DNA of 64,000 bases from Spirochaetia bacterium (GTDB taxonomy: Bacteria > Spirochaetota > Spirochaetia > SZUA-6 > Bin103): NCBI GenBank assembly GCA_965203905.1, contig CBDBDQ010000005.1, forward strand, positions 6,016,001 to 6,080,000, given 5' to 3'. Position 1 is the first letter of the stretch. Every line of letters starts with the position of its first letter. Below are positions 1 through 9,444 of the stretch, in pieces. The translations under genes and the position numbers were made by a program. Under the pieces are notes generated by a model. It was given only the letters and a program-made list of their open reading frames with translations, did not search any database and was not told the DNA's origin.

Positions 1-1
1 A

Positions 2-169
2 CCAACCGTGGAGCTGGTCCGCTGTCGCGCGCAGCGAGGCGGTATCGACTTCGACAAGCTTGACACGGATCGCCGGCGGCTCGGAATCAAGGGCGACGAA
101 GAGAGGTGGCCCAAGGAATTCGACGATCCGGCCTTCAGCCGCGCCGTGTTGGGACTCGACGACGAGTAG
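2..169 (+). CDS. Antitoxin, 3' part (probably Phd/YefM-type; truncated by window edge)
   Basis: Open frame PTVELVRC...GGIDFDKL...FDDPAFSRAVLGLDDE* ending 10 nt before a PIN toxin. Confidence 0.6.
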   Translation, partial: PTVELVRCRAQRGGIDFDKLDTDRRRLGIKGDEERWPKEFDDPAFSRAVLGLDDE

Positions 170-179
170 GCTGACGGCC

Positions 180-596
180 ATGCGTGTTCTTCTCGATACA
201 TCCTACCTCTACGATCTGATGGAAACGAGCGGCAAGTTTTCCGACAACGAACGCCGTTTCTTCGCCGAGCAAAAAGCTGAGCTCTTCGTGAGTGCCGTGT
301 CCATCTGGGAGATGCGTCTGAAGTACCGTGCCCGTCATCCGTCCGGCAAACGCAAGAGTCCCTTCAATCCCGATTCCGTGGTAGCCATGGTCGAACGACA
401 GGACGTGACTTCCTTGCCGATGACCATGCAGCACGCCGCGCGTGAACTCGAAGTCCCAATTCCGCACAAAGACCCGTTCGACGAACTCCTCCTCGTGCAG
501 GCTCAGGAAGAAGGTCTCAAGTTTCTCACCGCAGACCGTCAGCTTATCGGACACCCCGCTGGCAATCACTGCGTAACATGGCCAGCGCCGCCCTGA
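180..596 (+). CDS. vapC: VapC/PIN-domain toxin
   Basis: MRVLLDTS, SAVSIWE, HKDPFD, LTAD PIN motifs. Confidence 0.9.
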   Translation: MRVLLDTSYLYDLMETSGKFSDNERRFFAEQKAELFVSAVSIWEMRLKYRARHPSGKRKSPFNPDSVVAMVERQDVTSLPMTMQHAARELEVPIPHKDPFDELLLVQAQEEGLKFLTADRQLIGHPAGNHCVTWPAPP

Positions 597-630
597 AGAG
601 GCCGGCGCTGGCTCACTCTGCGCATCGCCA

Positions 631-842
631 TCACGCGGGGACAGTAGTACCGCCGAGGTCTACCGCCCGAGCACGCTCGAGGAACTCGTCTTCCAGCCCG
701 ACCCTGCCAACACGATGTCCAGCGGCATGCCGGTGGCCGAGTGAACGAACGGCATCACCCGAGTCCGCCGGATGAACTCCGGATCCTCGACACGCAACAC
801 GAAGCCCGCCGCCTGCATGGCGGATGCGAACCGTTGCGGATC
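631..842 (-). pseudogene. Internal fragment of a nucleotidyltransferase, paralogous to 6678-7250
   Basis: 652-842 is highly similar to 6897-7089 (DPEFIRRTRVMPFVH...LEDEFLERAR); no start, frameshifted. Confidence 0.8.
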
Positions 843-1089
843 TCACTCGCAGACTATCGGCGGGTTCAATCGCGAGTTCGTGAAAACAGGCGTGTTTCCC
901 CCTGACACGTCACGCAAGCTGCAACGATTATTCCAGGACCGTCAGACGGCAGACTATGACTGGTACCATCACATCGAAGAAGCTGACGCTGGAGTGGCTG
1001 TCAGCGATGCTGAGAGCATCGTGTCCCAGTGCAGGCAACAGGTCGCCAACTGGCAGCGGGAGCATCGGCGCGAGGATAGCCGCACGTGA
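843..1089 (+). pseudogene. C-terminal fragment of a HEPN-domain protein (HEPN-MNT type)
   Basis: HSQTIGGFNREFVKTG...LFQDRQTADYD; N-terminus missing. Confidence 0.7.
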
Positions 1090-1213
1090 TGAACACACCG
1101 GCACCTGGCATGGCTTGCTCCAGTCGTCGGTCTCGGCATGGTCGATCACGTGCACGGCGGCGAGCAGCCGGACCTGAATCGATCGCCGGCCGTCAGGGGC
1201 TGTACCGGTCGGG

Positions 1214-1241
1214 ATGGGCTCCATGGGCTCCATGGGCTCCA
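1214..1241. repeat. 9-bp tandem repeat ATGGGCTCC x3
   Basis: Directly visible, ends 8 nt before a TTGACA box. Confidence 0.9.
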
Positions 1242-1248
1242 GTCCGAT

Positions 1249-1277
1249 TTGACAGCTCGTTGCGCGTGGATTACGAT
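1249..1277 (+). promoter_or_regulatory. Sigma70-type promoter
   Basis: TTGACA-17 nt-TACGAT. Confidence 0.65.
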
Positions 1278-1697
1278 GACTGTTTGTCGGAGAACAGGCT
1301 TATGTGGACGATGCAATACCACAAGCACTTGAGGACGCCACCGGTTGACCGGACCGGTGTGTCCTATCTCCCCCCCCCCAAGCATTTACACGAGATACAC
1401 TAGCTCTTCGCGCTGAGCGAGCGGGACGCACCGCGCACCGCATCGCCCGCACCACCGCTCCTCCGACCACCTACACACCGCACCGCCGGCGTTGCCGGTC
1501 ACTCACTTTCGCCGCGCCGCAGAACACTGCCCCACGCGCTGCTCCGGGCTCAGGTCTGTGTACGCGTTCAAGGGGGTGCCGTATGTAGCTCGGGGCTGTG
1601 GCCGTCGCTTTCCGGGCACCGGAAATTGCCGGTGCGCCTCGAGAGTGGGCGAAGGATGCACAGCGAAACCAGCACTCTCGAATTGCAGGAGGCAAAG

Positions 1698-3518
1698 ATG
1701 CAATACGCAATCTTGCGAAAGATCCTGGCGGTACTGATCGGTCTCGGTCTGACCGCGACCGGCCTGTGGGCAAGCCCGGCCGCGGAAGAGGAGCCGGCAG
1801 CCGCCATGGAGAAGGAAATGGTGACCGACCCCACTACCGGCAAGATGGTGACCGCGCCGGAGTACGGGGGGACGCTAACCTACCCCTATAACAGGGTAGG
1901 CGAGATCACCGACCCCTTCTTCAATGGAATCGAAGCGGGCTGGCTCATAGACGGTGTCAACGAGAGACTCGCCGACGGGAACTGGGGACTCGATAGGGCC
2001 GAATATGACTTTAGGGACTCTTTCGTCCCGCTGTTTGCCTTCACCGGGAATCTCGCCGAAAGCTGGGAAACGCCCGACCCACTGACGTACGTCTTCCACA
2101 TCCGTGAGGGCGTTCGCTACGCTCTTAATCCAGACAGTGAGGCCAGCCGGCTCGTGAACGGTCGGGAACTCACCGCCGATGACGTCGTTTTTACGTATCA
2201 ACGGAATAACGGCCTCGGTGACTTCACGGAAAGCACCGAAATGACTCGCCCCTCTAACAACCTGCCGTGGCAATCGATCGAGGCTAGCGACAAATATACG
2301 GTTGTCATGAAGCTGAAGGAGCCGTCCCTCACCGCACTATTTGTTATCCTCCAGGAGGCTCAGGATTGGATATTGCCCGCGGAGGTAATCGAGCGATACG
2401 GCGACTATAAGGATTGGAGGAACGTAGTCGGCACCGGGCCGTGGATGCTGACCGACTACGTCGAAGGCGTATCCAAATCCTATATCAAGAATCCTGACTA
2501 CTGGGGCTTCGACGAGAAATATCCCGGGAACCGCCTGCCGTACAGCGACCAGTTAAGGGCCTTGCTAATGCCAGAAGAAGCAACACGTATCTCGGCGCTA
2601 CGCACTGGTCAGATTGATATCATACAACACGCCGGCGTCGTTGACATACAAAGCCTTGACGTGATCCGGAGCCTCCAGATGACCAATCCGGAAATCGAGG
2701 TGCATAGCTATTTCCAGGCGGCGTTTGCGTCTTTTAGTCTGAACATTCGCAACGCTCCATTTGACGACATCAGAGTGCGCCACGCCATGCAGATGGCGCT
2801 CGACCTAGAGACGATCAACGAGACCTACTATAGCGGTTTCGCCAAGGTGGAGCCCATCGGGTTGACCGCGGTCAAGGGGTATAACACCCCATTCGCAGAG
2901 TGGCCCGAGGAGCTCAAACGATACTACACCTACGACCCGGAAGGCGCTGAGAGACTCCTTGATCAAGCCGGATATCCGCGGGGGGCAGACGGCGTCCGAT
3001 TCAAGACGACCGTTCTGCATCGCGACGCCGCTGATTTGGGCTTTGTGGAAGTAGCTGCCGGGTACTGGTCTGATATCGGGGTTATAGCGGACATTAACGT
3101 TGTTGACACGCCGACATGGATCGCTGCCAGAGCAGAAGCTAATTATGAGATGAGCAACAGTCGCTGCGCAATGGCTACCGACCCCGCCTGGACAATTAGC
3201 CTTCACCGCGCGGAAGGCGGCAACAAATTCTTTCGTGAATGGGTGGGTGGGGGCGAGAACCCTGAGCTGATTGTTGCCTATGATGCGTTTCAGGCCGCTA
3301 CTACCATCGAGGGTCAAATGAAGGCCCATAGAGAGTATGATATGGCGTATTCGAGGGAGCACAGTCAGGTGTGCGGTCCTCTAGCTCCACTGTTTCAGGT
3401 AAACCAGCCGTGGGTCGGAGGTTTTAACGGTGAATTCGCGTTGAACAACGTGAGCCATCACACCATCCTCGCTCGCCTCTGGATAGACCAGGATCTGAAG
3501 CGAGAAATGGGATTCTAA
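1698..3518 (+). CDS. ABC transporter substrate-binding protein, family 5 (peptide/nickel)
   Basis: AGGAGG RBS, signal peptide, GNLAESWE, LTADDVVFT, GTGPWML, YDPEGAERLL. Confidence 0.92.
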   Translation: MQYAILRKILAVLIGLGLTATGLWASPAAEEEPAAAMEKEMVTDPTTGKMVTAPEYGGTLTYPYNRVGEITDPFFNGIEAGWLIDGVNERLADGNWGLDRAEYDFRDSFVPLFAFTGNLAESWETPDPLTYVFHIREGVRYALNPDSEASRLVNGRELTADDVVFTYQRNNGLGDFTESTEMTRPSNNLPWQSIEASDKYTVVMKLKEPSLTALFVILQEAQDWILPAEVIERYGDYKDWRNVVGTGPWMLTDYVEGVSKSYIKNPDYWGFDEKYPGNRLPYSDQLRALLMPEEATRISALRTGQIDIIQHAGVVDIQSLDVIRSLQMTNPEIEVHSYFQAAFASFSLNIRNAPFDDIRVRHAMQMALDLETINETYYSGFAKVEPIGLTAVKGYNTPFAEWPEELKRYYTYDPEGAERLLDQAGYPRGADGVRFKTTVLHRDAADLGFVEVAAGYWSDIGVIADINVVDTPTWIAARAEANYEMSNSRCAMATDPAWTISLHRAEGGNKFFREWVGGGENPELIVAYDAFQAATTIEGQMKAHREYDMAYSREHSQVCGPLAPLFQVNQPWVGGFNGEFALNNVSHHTILARLWIDQDLKREMGF

Positions 3519-3543
3519 GCCACCGGCTTTGCCGTTGGCTTAA

Positions 3544-3774
3544 GGAGTCGCTGCGCGACTCCACGAAATCGCGAGAGGCGGTTCCATTACAGCAGCGCTT
3601 CGCGCGGCTGCAATGGGGAAGTCGCCATAGGGGAAATGCAATTGGCCCCGCCCGAGGGCGGGGTCCACGAATCAACTCGCCCCTTGGGCGATTGAAATGG
3701 CAGCAGCGCTACGCGCGGCTGCTCTGAGCAAGGGCGCCGGGAGAACGCTTCCGAGCGCCGCTTCCCGGCGCTCA
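3544..3774 (+). other. Multi-hairpin structured intergenic region
   Basis: Consecutive stems (GGAGTCGC/GCGACTCC; GGCCCCGCCC/GGGCGGGGTCC; TCGCCC/GGGCGA; GCGCCGGGAG/TTCCCGGCGC) and two copies of CAGCAGCGCTWCGCGCGGCTGC. Confidence 0.6.
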
Positions 3775-3788
3775 TTTGCCACGACGAT

Positions 3789-4745
3789 ATGAGAGCCTAC
3801 ATCATCCGGCGGCTGCTGCTGGTCGTCCCCACGCTGTTCATCTTGAGTGTGTTGGTGTTCCTATCAGTCCGCCTCATCCCCGGCGACGTCATCGACCTCA
3901 TGGCCAGTCGCACGGAATACACGGGCGGCCAGCTCGACCGCGCGGCCATCGAACAGCGGCTCGGACTGGACCTGCCGATTCACGTGCAGTACAGCCGCTG
4001 GATCGGCGGCATCCTTCTGCGCGGTACGCTCGGCGAGTCGCTGCTGGGAGGTTGGCGCATTGAGCAGCGCATGCTGGGACGACTGCCGGTCACCGTCGAG
4101 CTGGGCGTGCTGGCCATCGTCATCGGCCTGGTCATCGCCCTGCCGGTGGGCATCTACTCGGCGGTGCGCCAGTACACCGCCGCCGACTACCTGGGACGGT
4201 CGGTCGCCATCATGGGGCTGGCCACGCCCAACTTCTGGCTGGGAACGATGGTGATGATCTACCCGGCCATCTGGTGGGCGTGGTCGCCGCCGATGGAGCT
4301 GGTGCCATTCGCCCAGGACCCGCTGGGCAACCTCGGCATGTTCCTGATCCCCAGCCTGATCCTCGGCACCTACCTGGCGGCCAGCACCATGCGCATGACC
4401 CGCACCATGATGCTGGAGGTGCTGCGCCAGGACTACATCAGGACCGCCTGGTCCAAGGGTCTGCTGGAGCGGTCGGTGATCCTGCGCCACGCGGTCAAGA
4501 ACGCGATCATCCCGGTGGTGACGCTGGTGGGCATGCAGTTGCCGATCCTGGTGGGCGGCTCGGTGATCATCGAGAACATCTTCAACCTGCCGGGGCTGGG
4601 GCGGCTGATGCTGGACGCCCTCAACGACCGCGACTACCCGGTGGTGTCGGCGATAAACCTGTTCTTCGCCACGGTGGTGGTGTTGGTCAATCTGCTGACC
4701 GACCTGCTGTACGCGTCGCTGGACCCGCGGATTCGCTACGAATGA
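3789..4745 (+). CDS. ABC transporter permease, DppB/OppB-type
   Basis: YIIRRLL, IPGDV, DYIRTAWSKG loop, LDPRIRY. Confidence 0.93.
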   Translation: MRAYIIRRLLLVVPTLFILSVLVFLSVRLIPGDVIDLMASRTEYTGGQLDRAAIEQRLGLDLPIHVQYSRWIGGILLRGTLGESLLGGWRIEQRMLGRLPVTVELGVLAIVIGLVIALPVGIYSAVRQYTAADYLGRSVAIMGLATPNFWLGTMVMIYPAIWWAWSPPMELVPFAQDPLGNLGMFLIPSLILGTYLAASTMRMTRTMMLEVLRQDYIRTAWSKGLLERSVILRHAVKNAIIPVVTLVGMQLPILVGGSVIIENIFNLPGLGRLMLDALNDRDYPVVSAINLFFATVVVLVNLLTDLLYASLDPRIRYE

Positions 4746-4766
4746 GGCGGTACGGCCATTCCGTTA

Positions 4767-4810
4767 CCCGGAACACCATGAAACCGCGCGGGCAGTGCGC
4801 GGTGGACGCC
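4767..4810. repeat. Imperfect direct repeat, left copy (partner 5533-5580)
   Basis: CCCGGAACACCATGAAA...GGGCAGTGCGCGGTGGACGCC. Confidence 0.7.
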
Positions 4811-5004
4811 ATCAGCAACGCGGTGATCTTGGCCCAACGCCGGTGAGATACCCACCGGCAGCACAAGCGGAGTTCATCCCTGGTAGCAGCAAACCGCCGA
4901 CTTCGATAGCATACCTGGACGAACCACGCTGCACCGCAGAACCCCACTTGAAGCTCGCGGTCACCGGGGGCGTTTTGGTGCGCACATTGCAAGGAGAAAC
5001 AGAC

Positions 5005-5283
5005 GTGCCGACGATATCGATGTTCTATGGCATCTTGATCCTACTATACTTCTATGACAACAAGAGGCACAATAGACCTCACATTCATGCGGAATACGCC
5101 GAACATACCGTTGTAGTGGCCATTGATGATGGCGCTGTTCTGGGCGGCAGTTTGCCGATAGCAAAGATGAAGCTCGTCCAGGCCTGGATTGAAATACACC
5201 GAGAGGATCTGCTTGCAGACTGGAAGCTAGCCGTTGCTGGCGAACCGGTTTTAAGATCGACCCATTGCGGTAGTAGGTGGTAG
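5005..5283 (+). CDS. DUF4160 family protein (putative TA component)
   Basis: MPTISMFYGI...HNRPHIHAEY; one extra T near 5250 would restore the usual EPVFKIDPLR* ending. Confidence 0.85.
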   Translation: MPTISMFYGILILLYFYDNKRHNRPHIHAEYAEHTVVVAIDDGAVLGGSLPIAKMKLVQAWIEIHREDLLADWKLAVAGEPVLRSTHCGSRW

Positions 5284-5286
5284 ATT

Positions 5287-5547
5287 GTGGATACCATTGT
5301 TAAGGCTATTCCCCTTGATGACCACCGCATTGAGATTCTGACCAGTAGCGGTATTTCCGGGGTTTTCGATGTCAAGCCCTACTTGCAGGGCCACGCATTC
5401 AAAGAACTGGCGAATGAATCATATTTTCGCCTAGTTCGCCCTGCCCATCATGGCATCGTGTGGCCACATGAGCAGGACTTCAGTTCAGACACGATAATCT
5501 GGGACATCGTACACGCTCGATCGGCCAACACGCCCGAAACACCATGA
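5287..5547 (+). CDS. DUF2442 family protein (TA partner of DUF4160)
   Basis: SGVFDVKPYL...FKEL...YF...GIVWPHEQDFSSDTI; adjacent to DUF4160. Confidence 0.85.
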   Translation: MDTIVKAIPLDDHRIEILTSSGISGVFDVKPYLQGHAFKELANESYFRLVRPAHHGIVWPHEQDFSSDTIIWDIVHARSANTPETP

Positions 5548-5580
5548 AAACGGCGCATGGGGCAGTACGCGGTGGCCGCC
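5533..5580. repeat. Imperfect direct repeat, right copy
   Basis: CCCGAAACACCATGAAA...GGGCAGTACGCGGTGGCCGCC; includes the DUF2442 stop codon. Confidence 0.7.
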
Positions 5581-5682
5581 TTTTGCGGTCCAGTCGACAC
5601 GGTCACTCGGTAACGCCAGAGAGCATGCACACCGATGCACCGGCACCGCGGGCTGGCCGCCATGGTCGGACGGGGCAGGCCC

Positions 5683-6631
5683 GTGGGTGACGTATCACCG
5701 CTGACGCCGGCCGGCGCCGAGCCGGCCGCGGGGGCGGCTGCGACTGGGCAGGCCGGACTGAGGAAGTTCTGCGGGCGCCTGGTGCGCGAGCAGCCGCTGG
5801 GGACCGCCAGCGGCATCGTCATCCTGCTCCTGGTGCTGGTGAGCATCTTCGCCGATTCGCTGGCGCCCTACCGCTACGAGGAGATCCACCTGCGCGACCG
5901 CCTGCAGGCCCCCTCCGCCGCGTACCTGCTGGGCACCGACCACGTGGGACGCGACCTGCTGAGCCGCCTCATCCACGGGGCGCGGCTGTCGCTGACGGTG
6001 GGGGCTGGCCGCCACCGCCCTCAACGTCGTGGTGGCGGTGCTGATCGGCGGCACCACCGGCTTCATCGGCGGCCGGCTGGACCTGGTGACGCAGCGCTTC
6101 GTCGACGCCTGGATGGCGTTCCCGGGGCTGCTGTTGCTGCTCACCATCATGTCGATTGCCGGCCGCGGCATGGCGCAGATCATCATCGTGCTGGGGGTGT
6201 CGGGCGGCATCCCGGCCTCGCGGGTGGTGCGGGGCGCCGTGCTGGGGGTCAAGGAGAACGTCTACTTCCAGGCGGCGCAGGCGATCGGCAGCTCGCGCCG
6301 GCGCTCGTTGCTGCGCCACGTGCTGCCCAACATCGCCGCGCCGATCATCATCATCTTCAGCATCAACGTGGGCGGGGTGATCATGGCAGAGGCGGCACTG
6401 AGCTTCCTGGGGTTCGGCCTGCCGCCGGACATCCCGAGCTGGGGCGGGATGCTGAGCCGGGAGGGGCGCCAGTACATGGAGATCGCGCCGCACCTGGCGC
6501 TGTGGCCGGGCGTGTGCCTGACGGTGGTGGTGTACAGCCTCAACATGTTCGGCGACGCGGTGCGCGATCTCCTGGACCCGCGGCTGCGTGGCCGGCTCGG
6601 CCGCTACGGCGCCGGCCGGGACAGAACCTGA
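5683..6631 (+). CDS. ABC transporter permease, DppC/OppC-type, with one frameshift near 6004 (G run)
   Basis: LLGTDHVGRDLLSRLIHGARLSL in one frame; RHVLPN, EAALSFLG, SWGGML, GDAVRDLLDPR in the next. Confidence 0.88.
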
Positions 6632-6677
6632 CAGCGACTGCAGGATGGCGCAGACACGTACTACTTTTACTTACTGA

Positions 6678-7250
6678 TCACGGGCCATCCCGCGCGATCG
6701 ATTCGAAGCCGGGCAGCAGGTCGCTTTGATCCAGCGCCTCCTCGAGCAACCGCAGTGTCCGGCGAATCGCACGCTCATCGAGGTTCTGCCCGTGGACGCG
6801 CCACAGGTTCTGCGCATCTGCGAGATCCTGCGGGGCGGCTCGCGAGGAGCTTGGCGATGATGAGGTCCTGGACAGCGATCAACGGGACGGCCGTGCCGCC
6901 GATGTCCACCGTCCGGGCACGCTCAAGGAACTCGTCCTCCAGTCCCGACCCTGCCAATACGATGTCCAGCGGCATCGCGGTAGCAGCGTGAACGAACGGC
7001 ATCACCCGAGTCCGCCGGATGAACTCCGGATCCTCGACGCGCAAGACGAACCCCGCGGCCTGCATGGCGGCTGCGAACCGCTGCGGATCGTCGTTGTCCA
7101 GCTTGACGGTGACGTCGACGTCGGCGCTCAAGCGCGGCACACCGTACGCGATGACTGCCTGCGCGCCGAACACGTACCAGCGCCCTCGGCCTGCGAGCAC
7201 CTTTGCCAGTGCGGTCAGGAGTTCAACTGCGGGCGGGCGGAAGCGGCACG
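6678..7250 (-). CDS. Nucleotidyltransferase-family protein, frameshifted near 6830
   Basis: FGAQAVIAYG...SADVDV motif; DLIIAKLLASRP continues in another frame as DLADAQNLW. Confidence 0.75.
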
Positions 7251-7478
7251 CGTGAACAGCTCGGCCAAGCGCACGTGAGCGAGCAGGTCCTGCTTCCGGG
7301 CGGCGGCATCGGGCCACCCCGGATTGTGCAGCAGTGCTTGTCTGCGCAACTCGTCGGCGATGCGCAGCCCTTCCAGCGGTCCGTAACGGGCGATGCGCTC
7401 GGCCCAATACGCGTCCTTGGCAGCACGCGCCGTTCGCCACTCGCGAGCCATATAGTCGCGAATGCCACGGCTGATCAT
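7215..7478 (-). CDS. Small hypothetical protein, upstream partner of the nucleotidyltransferase
   Basis: 87-aa ORF overlapping the NTase start; helical charged composition. Confidence 0.65.
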   Translation of the reverse strand: MISRGIRDYMAREWRTARAAKDAYWAERIARYGPLEGLRIADELRRQALLHNPGWPDAAARKQDLLAHVRLAELFTRAASARPQLNS

Positions 7479-7573
7479 GGTTGCAGTGTAGCATGGTGCG
7501 TCGAACAGCGCTTCGTCGACGCCTCGATCGGCAGTGGAAGATGAGGATCACCAGTCTCCCAACAGCCAACTGA

Positions 7574-7727
7574 AACGTCGGGGAGGATCACGACACGGCG
7601 GCGTTTGCGATGGAGACGCTGCGGCGGTGGTGGCTGAGGATGGGCAGTGTGGCGTATGCGAAGACCAAGCGGTTGCTGATCACGACCGCCGGCGGTGGTT
7701 CCAACGGCAGCCGCAGTCGGCTGTTCG
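7574..7727 (+). mobile_element. ISAzo13-family transposase internal fragment
   Basis: NVGEDHDTAAFAMETLRRWW...KRLLITTAGGGSNGSRSRL matches the family's HDT...RRWW...GGGSN motifs. Confidence 0.8.
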
Positions 7728-7825
7728 CGGATACCCGAAGAACCTGCCCCATATTGACCAGTTAAGAGCTCTCCGCCCGCTGGTCCGCTTTTTCGGACCA
7801 GGCAATGAGGCAATGAGGGAAGCCC

Positions 7826-8368
7826 GTGGGTGACGTCTCCCAGCTGACGCCGGCTGTCGCCGAGCCGGCCACTGGGGCGGCTGCGGCTGGGCAGGCTGGA
7901 CCGCGGCGGTTCTTCGCGCGCCTGGTCCGCGAGCAGCCGTTGGGGACCGCCGGCGGCATCGCCATCCTATCCTGGTGCTGGTGAGCATCTTCGCCGACGG
8001 GCTGGCGCCGCCATCGCTACGAGGAGATCCACCTGCGCGACCGTCTGCAGGCCCCCTCGGCCCAGTACCTGCTGGACACCGATCACGTGGGGCGCGACCT
8101 CTTGAGCCGGCTCATCCACGGGGCGCGGGTTGTCGCTGACGGTGGGGCTGGCCGCAACGGTCTTCACCGTCGTGGTGGCAGTGTGATCGGCGGCATCACC
8201 GGCTTCATCGGCGGCCGGCTGGATCTGGTGACGCAGCGCTTCGTCGACGCCTGGATGGCGTTCCCGGGGCTGCTCCTGCTGCTGACCATCATTTTGATCA
8301 GCCGGCCGCGGCATGCTGCAGATCATCATCGTGCTGGGCGTGTCGGGCGGCATCCGTTCCCCGGCTCG
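7826..8368 (+). pseudogene. Degenerate partial duplicate of the DppC-type permease
   Basis: Colinear with 5683-6220, multiple indels, truncated 3' end. Confidence 0.85.
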
Positions 8369-8370
8369 AC

Positions 8371-8409
8371 TTGACCCTGAGCAGTCCGTAGCGTACGGTA
8401 GGACGTACG
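8371..8409 (+). promoter_or_regulatory. yefM-yoeB promoter/operator
   Basis: TTGACC followed by two CGTACG palindromes (8392-8397, 8404-8409). Confidence 0.55.
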
Positions 8410-8421
8410 GGAGGCAGCCCA

Positions 8422-8664
8422 ATGGGGACCTTGAATGTCACCACCGCACGGAAGAACCTGTACCGGCTCATCGATGAAGTGAATGAATCGCATGCTCCGG
8501 TCACGATTACGGGAAAAGAACGGTCGGCGGTCCTGGTGAGCGAAGAGGACTGGAATGCAATACAGGAGACGTTGTACCTGTCCGCCATCCCCGGCATGAC
8601 CGATTCGATACGGAAGGGACTCGAAACCCCCGTGGAGGAGTGCGACGCAGAGCCTGGGTGGTGA
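8422..8664 (+). CDS. yefM: Phd/YefM antitoxin
   Basis: ARKNLYRLIDEV...PVTIT...AVLVSEEDWNAIQETLYL. Confidence 0.92.
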   Translation: MGTLNVTTARKNLYRLIDEVNESHAPVTITGKERSAVLVSEEDWNAIQETLYLSAIPGMTDSIRKGLETPVEECDAEPGW

Positions 8665-8674
8665 CTATCGACTG

Positions 8675-8923
8675 GTGTTCACCCGACAAGCCCGAAAGGA
8701 CGCACAGAAGGTGGCTGCGTCCGGGCTCCGTACAAACGTGGAGCGCCTCCTTCAGGTGCTACGTGAGGATCCCTGGCGCAGCCCGCCACCGTTCGAGAAA
8801 CTGGTTGGCGATCTGACGGAAGCGTTTTCGCGTCGGATCAACATCCAGCACCGCATCGTGTACCAAGTCCTTGAACGCGAACGCGTCGTCAAGGTGCTCC
8901 GAATGTGGACGCACTACGAGTGA
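8675..8923 (+). CDS. yoeB: Txe/YoeB toxin (true start may be near 8661)
   Basis: PPFEKLVGDL...SRRINIQHRIVY...MWTHYE. Confidence 0.92.
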   Translation: MFTRQARKDAQKVAASGLRTNVERLLQVLREDPWRSPPPFEKLVGDLTEAFSRRINIQHRIVYQVLERERVVKVLRMWTHYE

Positions 8924-9028
8924 GTCGGCCGGTTCGCCGTGCCAAGCAGCCGCTCCGGCCGACCGAGGCGCAAGGCGATCCCATGCTTCGGCTGAGTGAA
9001 GAGACGTCATTGGGCTGATTTGTCCGCC

Positions 9029-9266
9029 ATGGCGACTATCAGCGCAACAAGACTCCGGCAGAACCTCTACAACATTCTCGATTCGGTGGTGGGACACCGG
9101 TGTACCGGTGGAAGTAGAACGCCGGGGCCGGCTGTTGAGAATCGTGCCTGAGGAGCGGGCGTCGAAGTGGAACCGGCTGACCGCGCACAAGATCATGGTC
9201 GGCGATCCGGACGAACTCGTGCACATGGACTGGTCCCACGAGTGGCGCGGCAACCGTGTACCTTGA
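9029..9266 (+). CDS. Phd/YefM-like antitoxin with a +1 G frameshift near 9092
   Basis: MATISATRLRQNLYNILDSVV then, frame-corrected, DTGVPVEVERRGRLLRIVP...DPDELVHMDWS. Confidence 0.75.
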
Positions 9267-9402
9267 TACTCACGTGGCTGTCTGGCTATACGAGAAGGAT
9301 GAGGAGCGCATCTCGCGCCTGGCACGGGAGCTGATCGAGAGTAGCGAACTCCTGGTGTCGCCGATGGTGCTCCTCGAAGTGGAGTACCTGTTCGAAACCG
9401 GC
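9256..9402 (+). pseudogene. Truncated PIN toxin (N-terminal third)
   Basis: YLDTHVAVWL...VSPMVLLEVEYL; similarity ends near 9402. Confidence 0.8.
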
Positions 9403-9444
9403 ATTGGCGAATGCTACGAGGAAGCCGGTATCGGCGATACCCAT
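9403..9444 (-). pseudogene. N-terminal stub of a second PIN toxin
   Basis: MGIADTGFLVAFAN, start coupled (TGATG) to the RHH antitoxin stop. Confidence 0.7.

Noticed and set aside
772-1089. 105-aa ORF as an intact gene
   Set aside because: Chimera of the antisense NTase remnant and a HEPN tail
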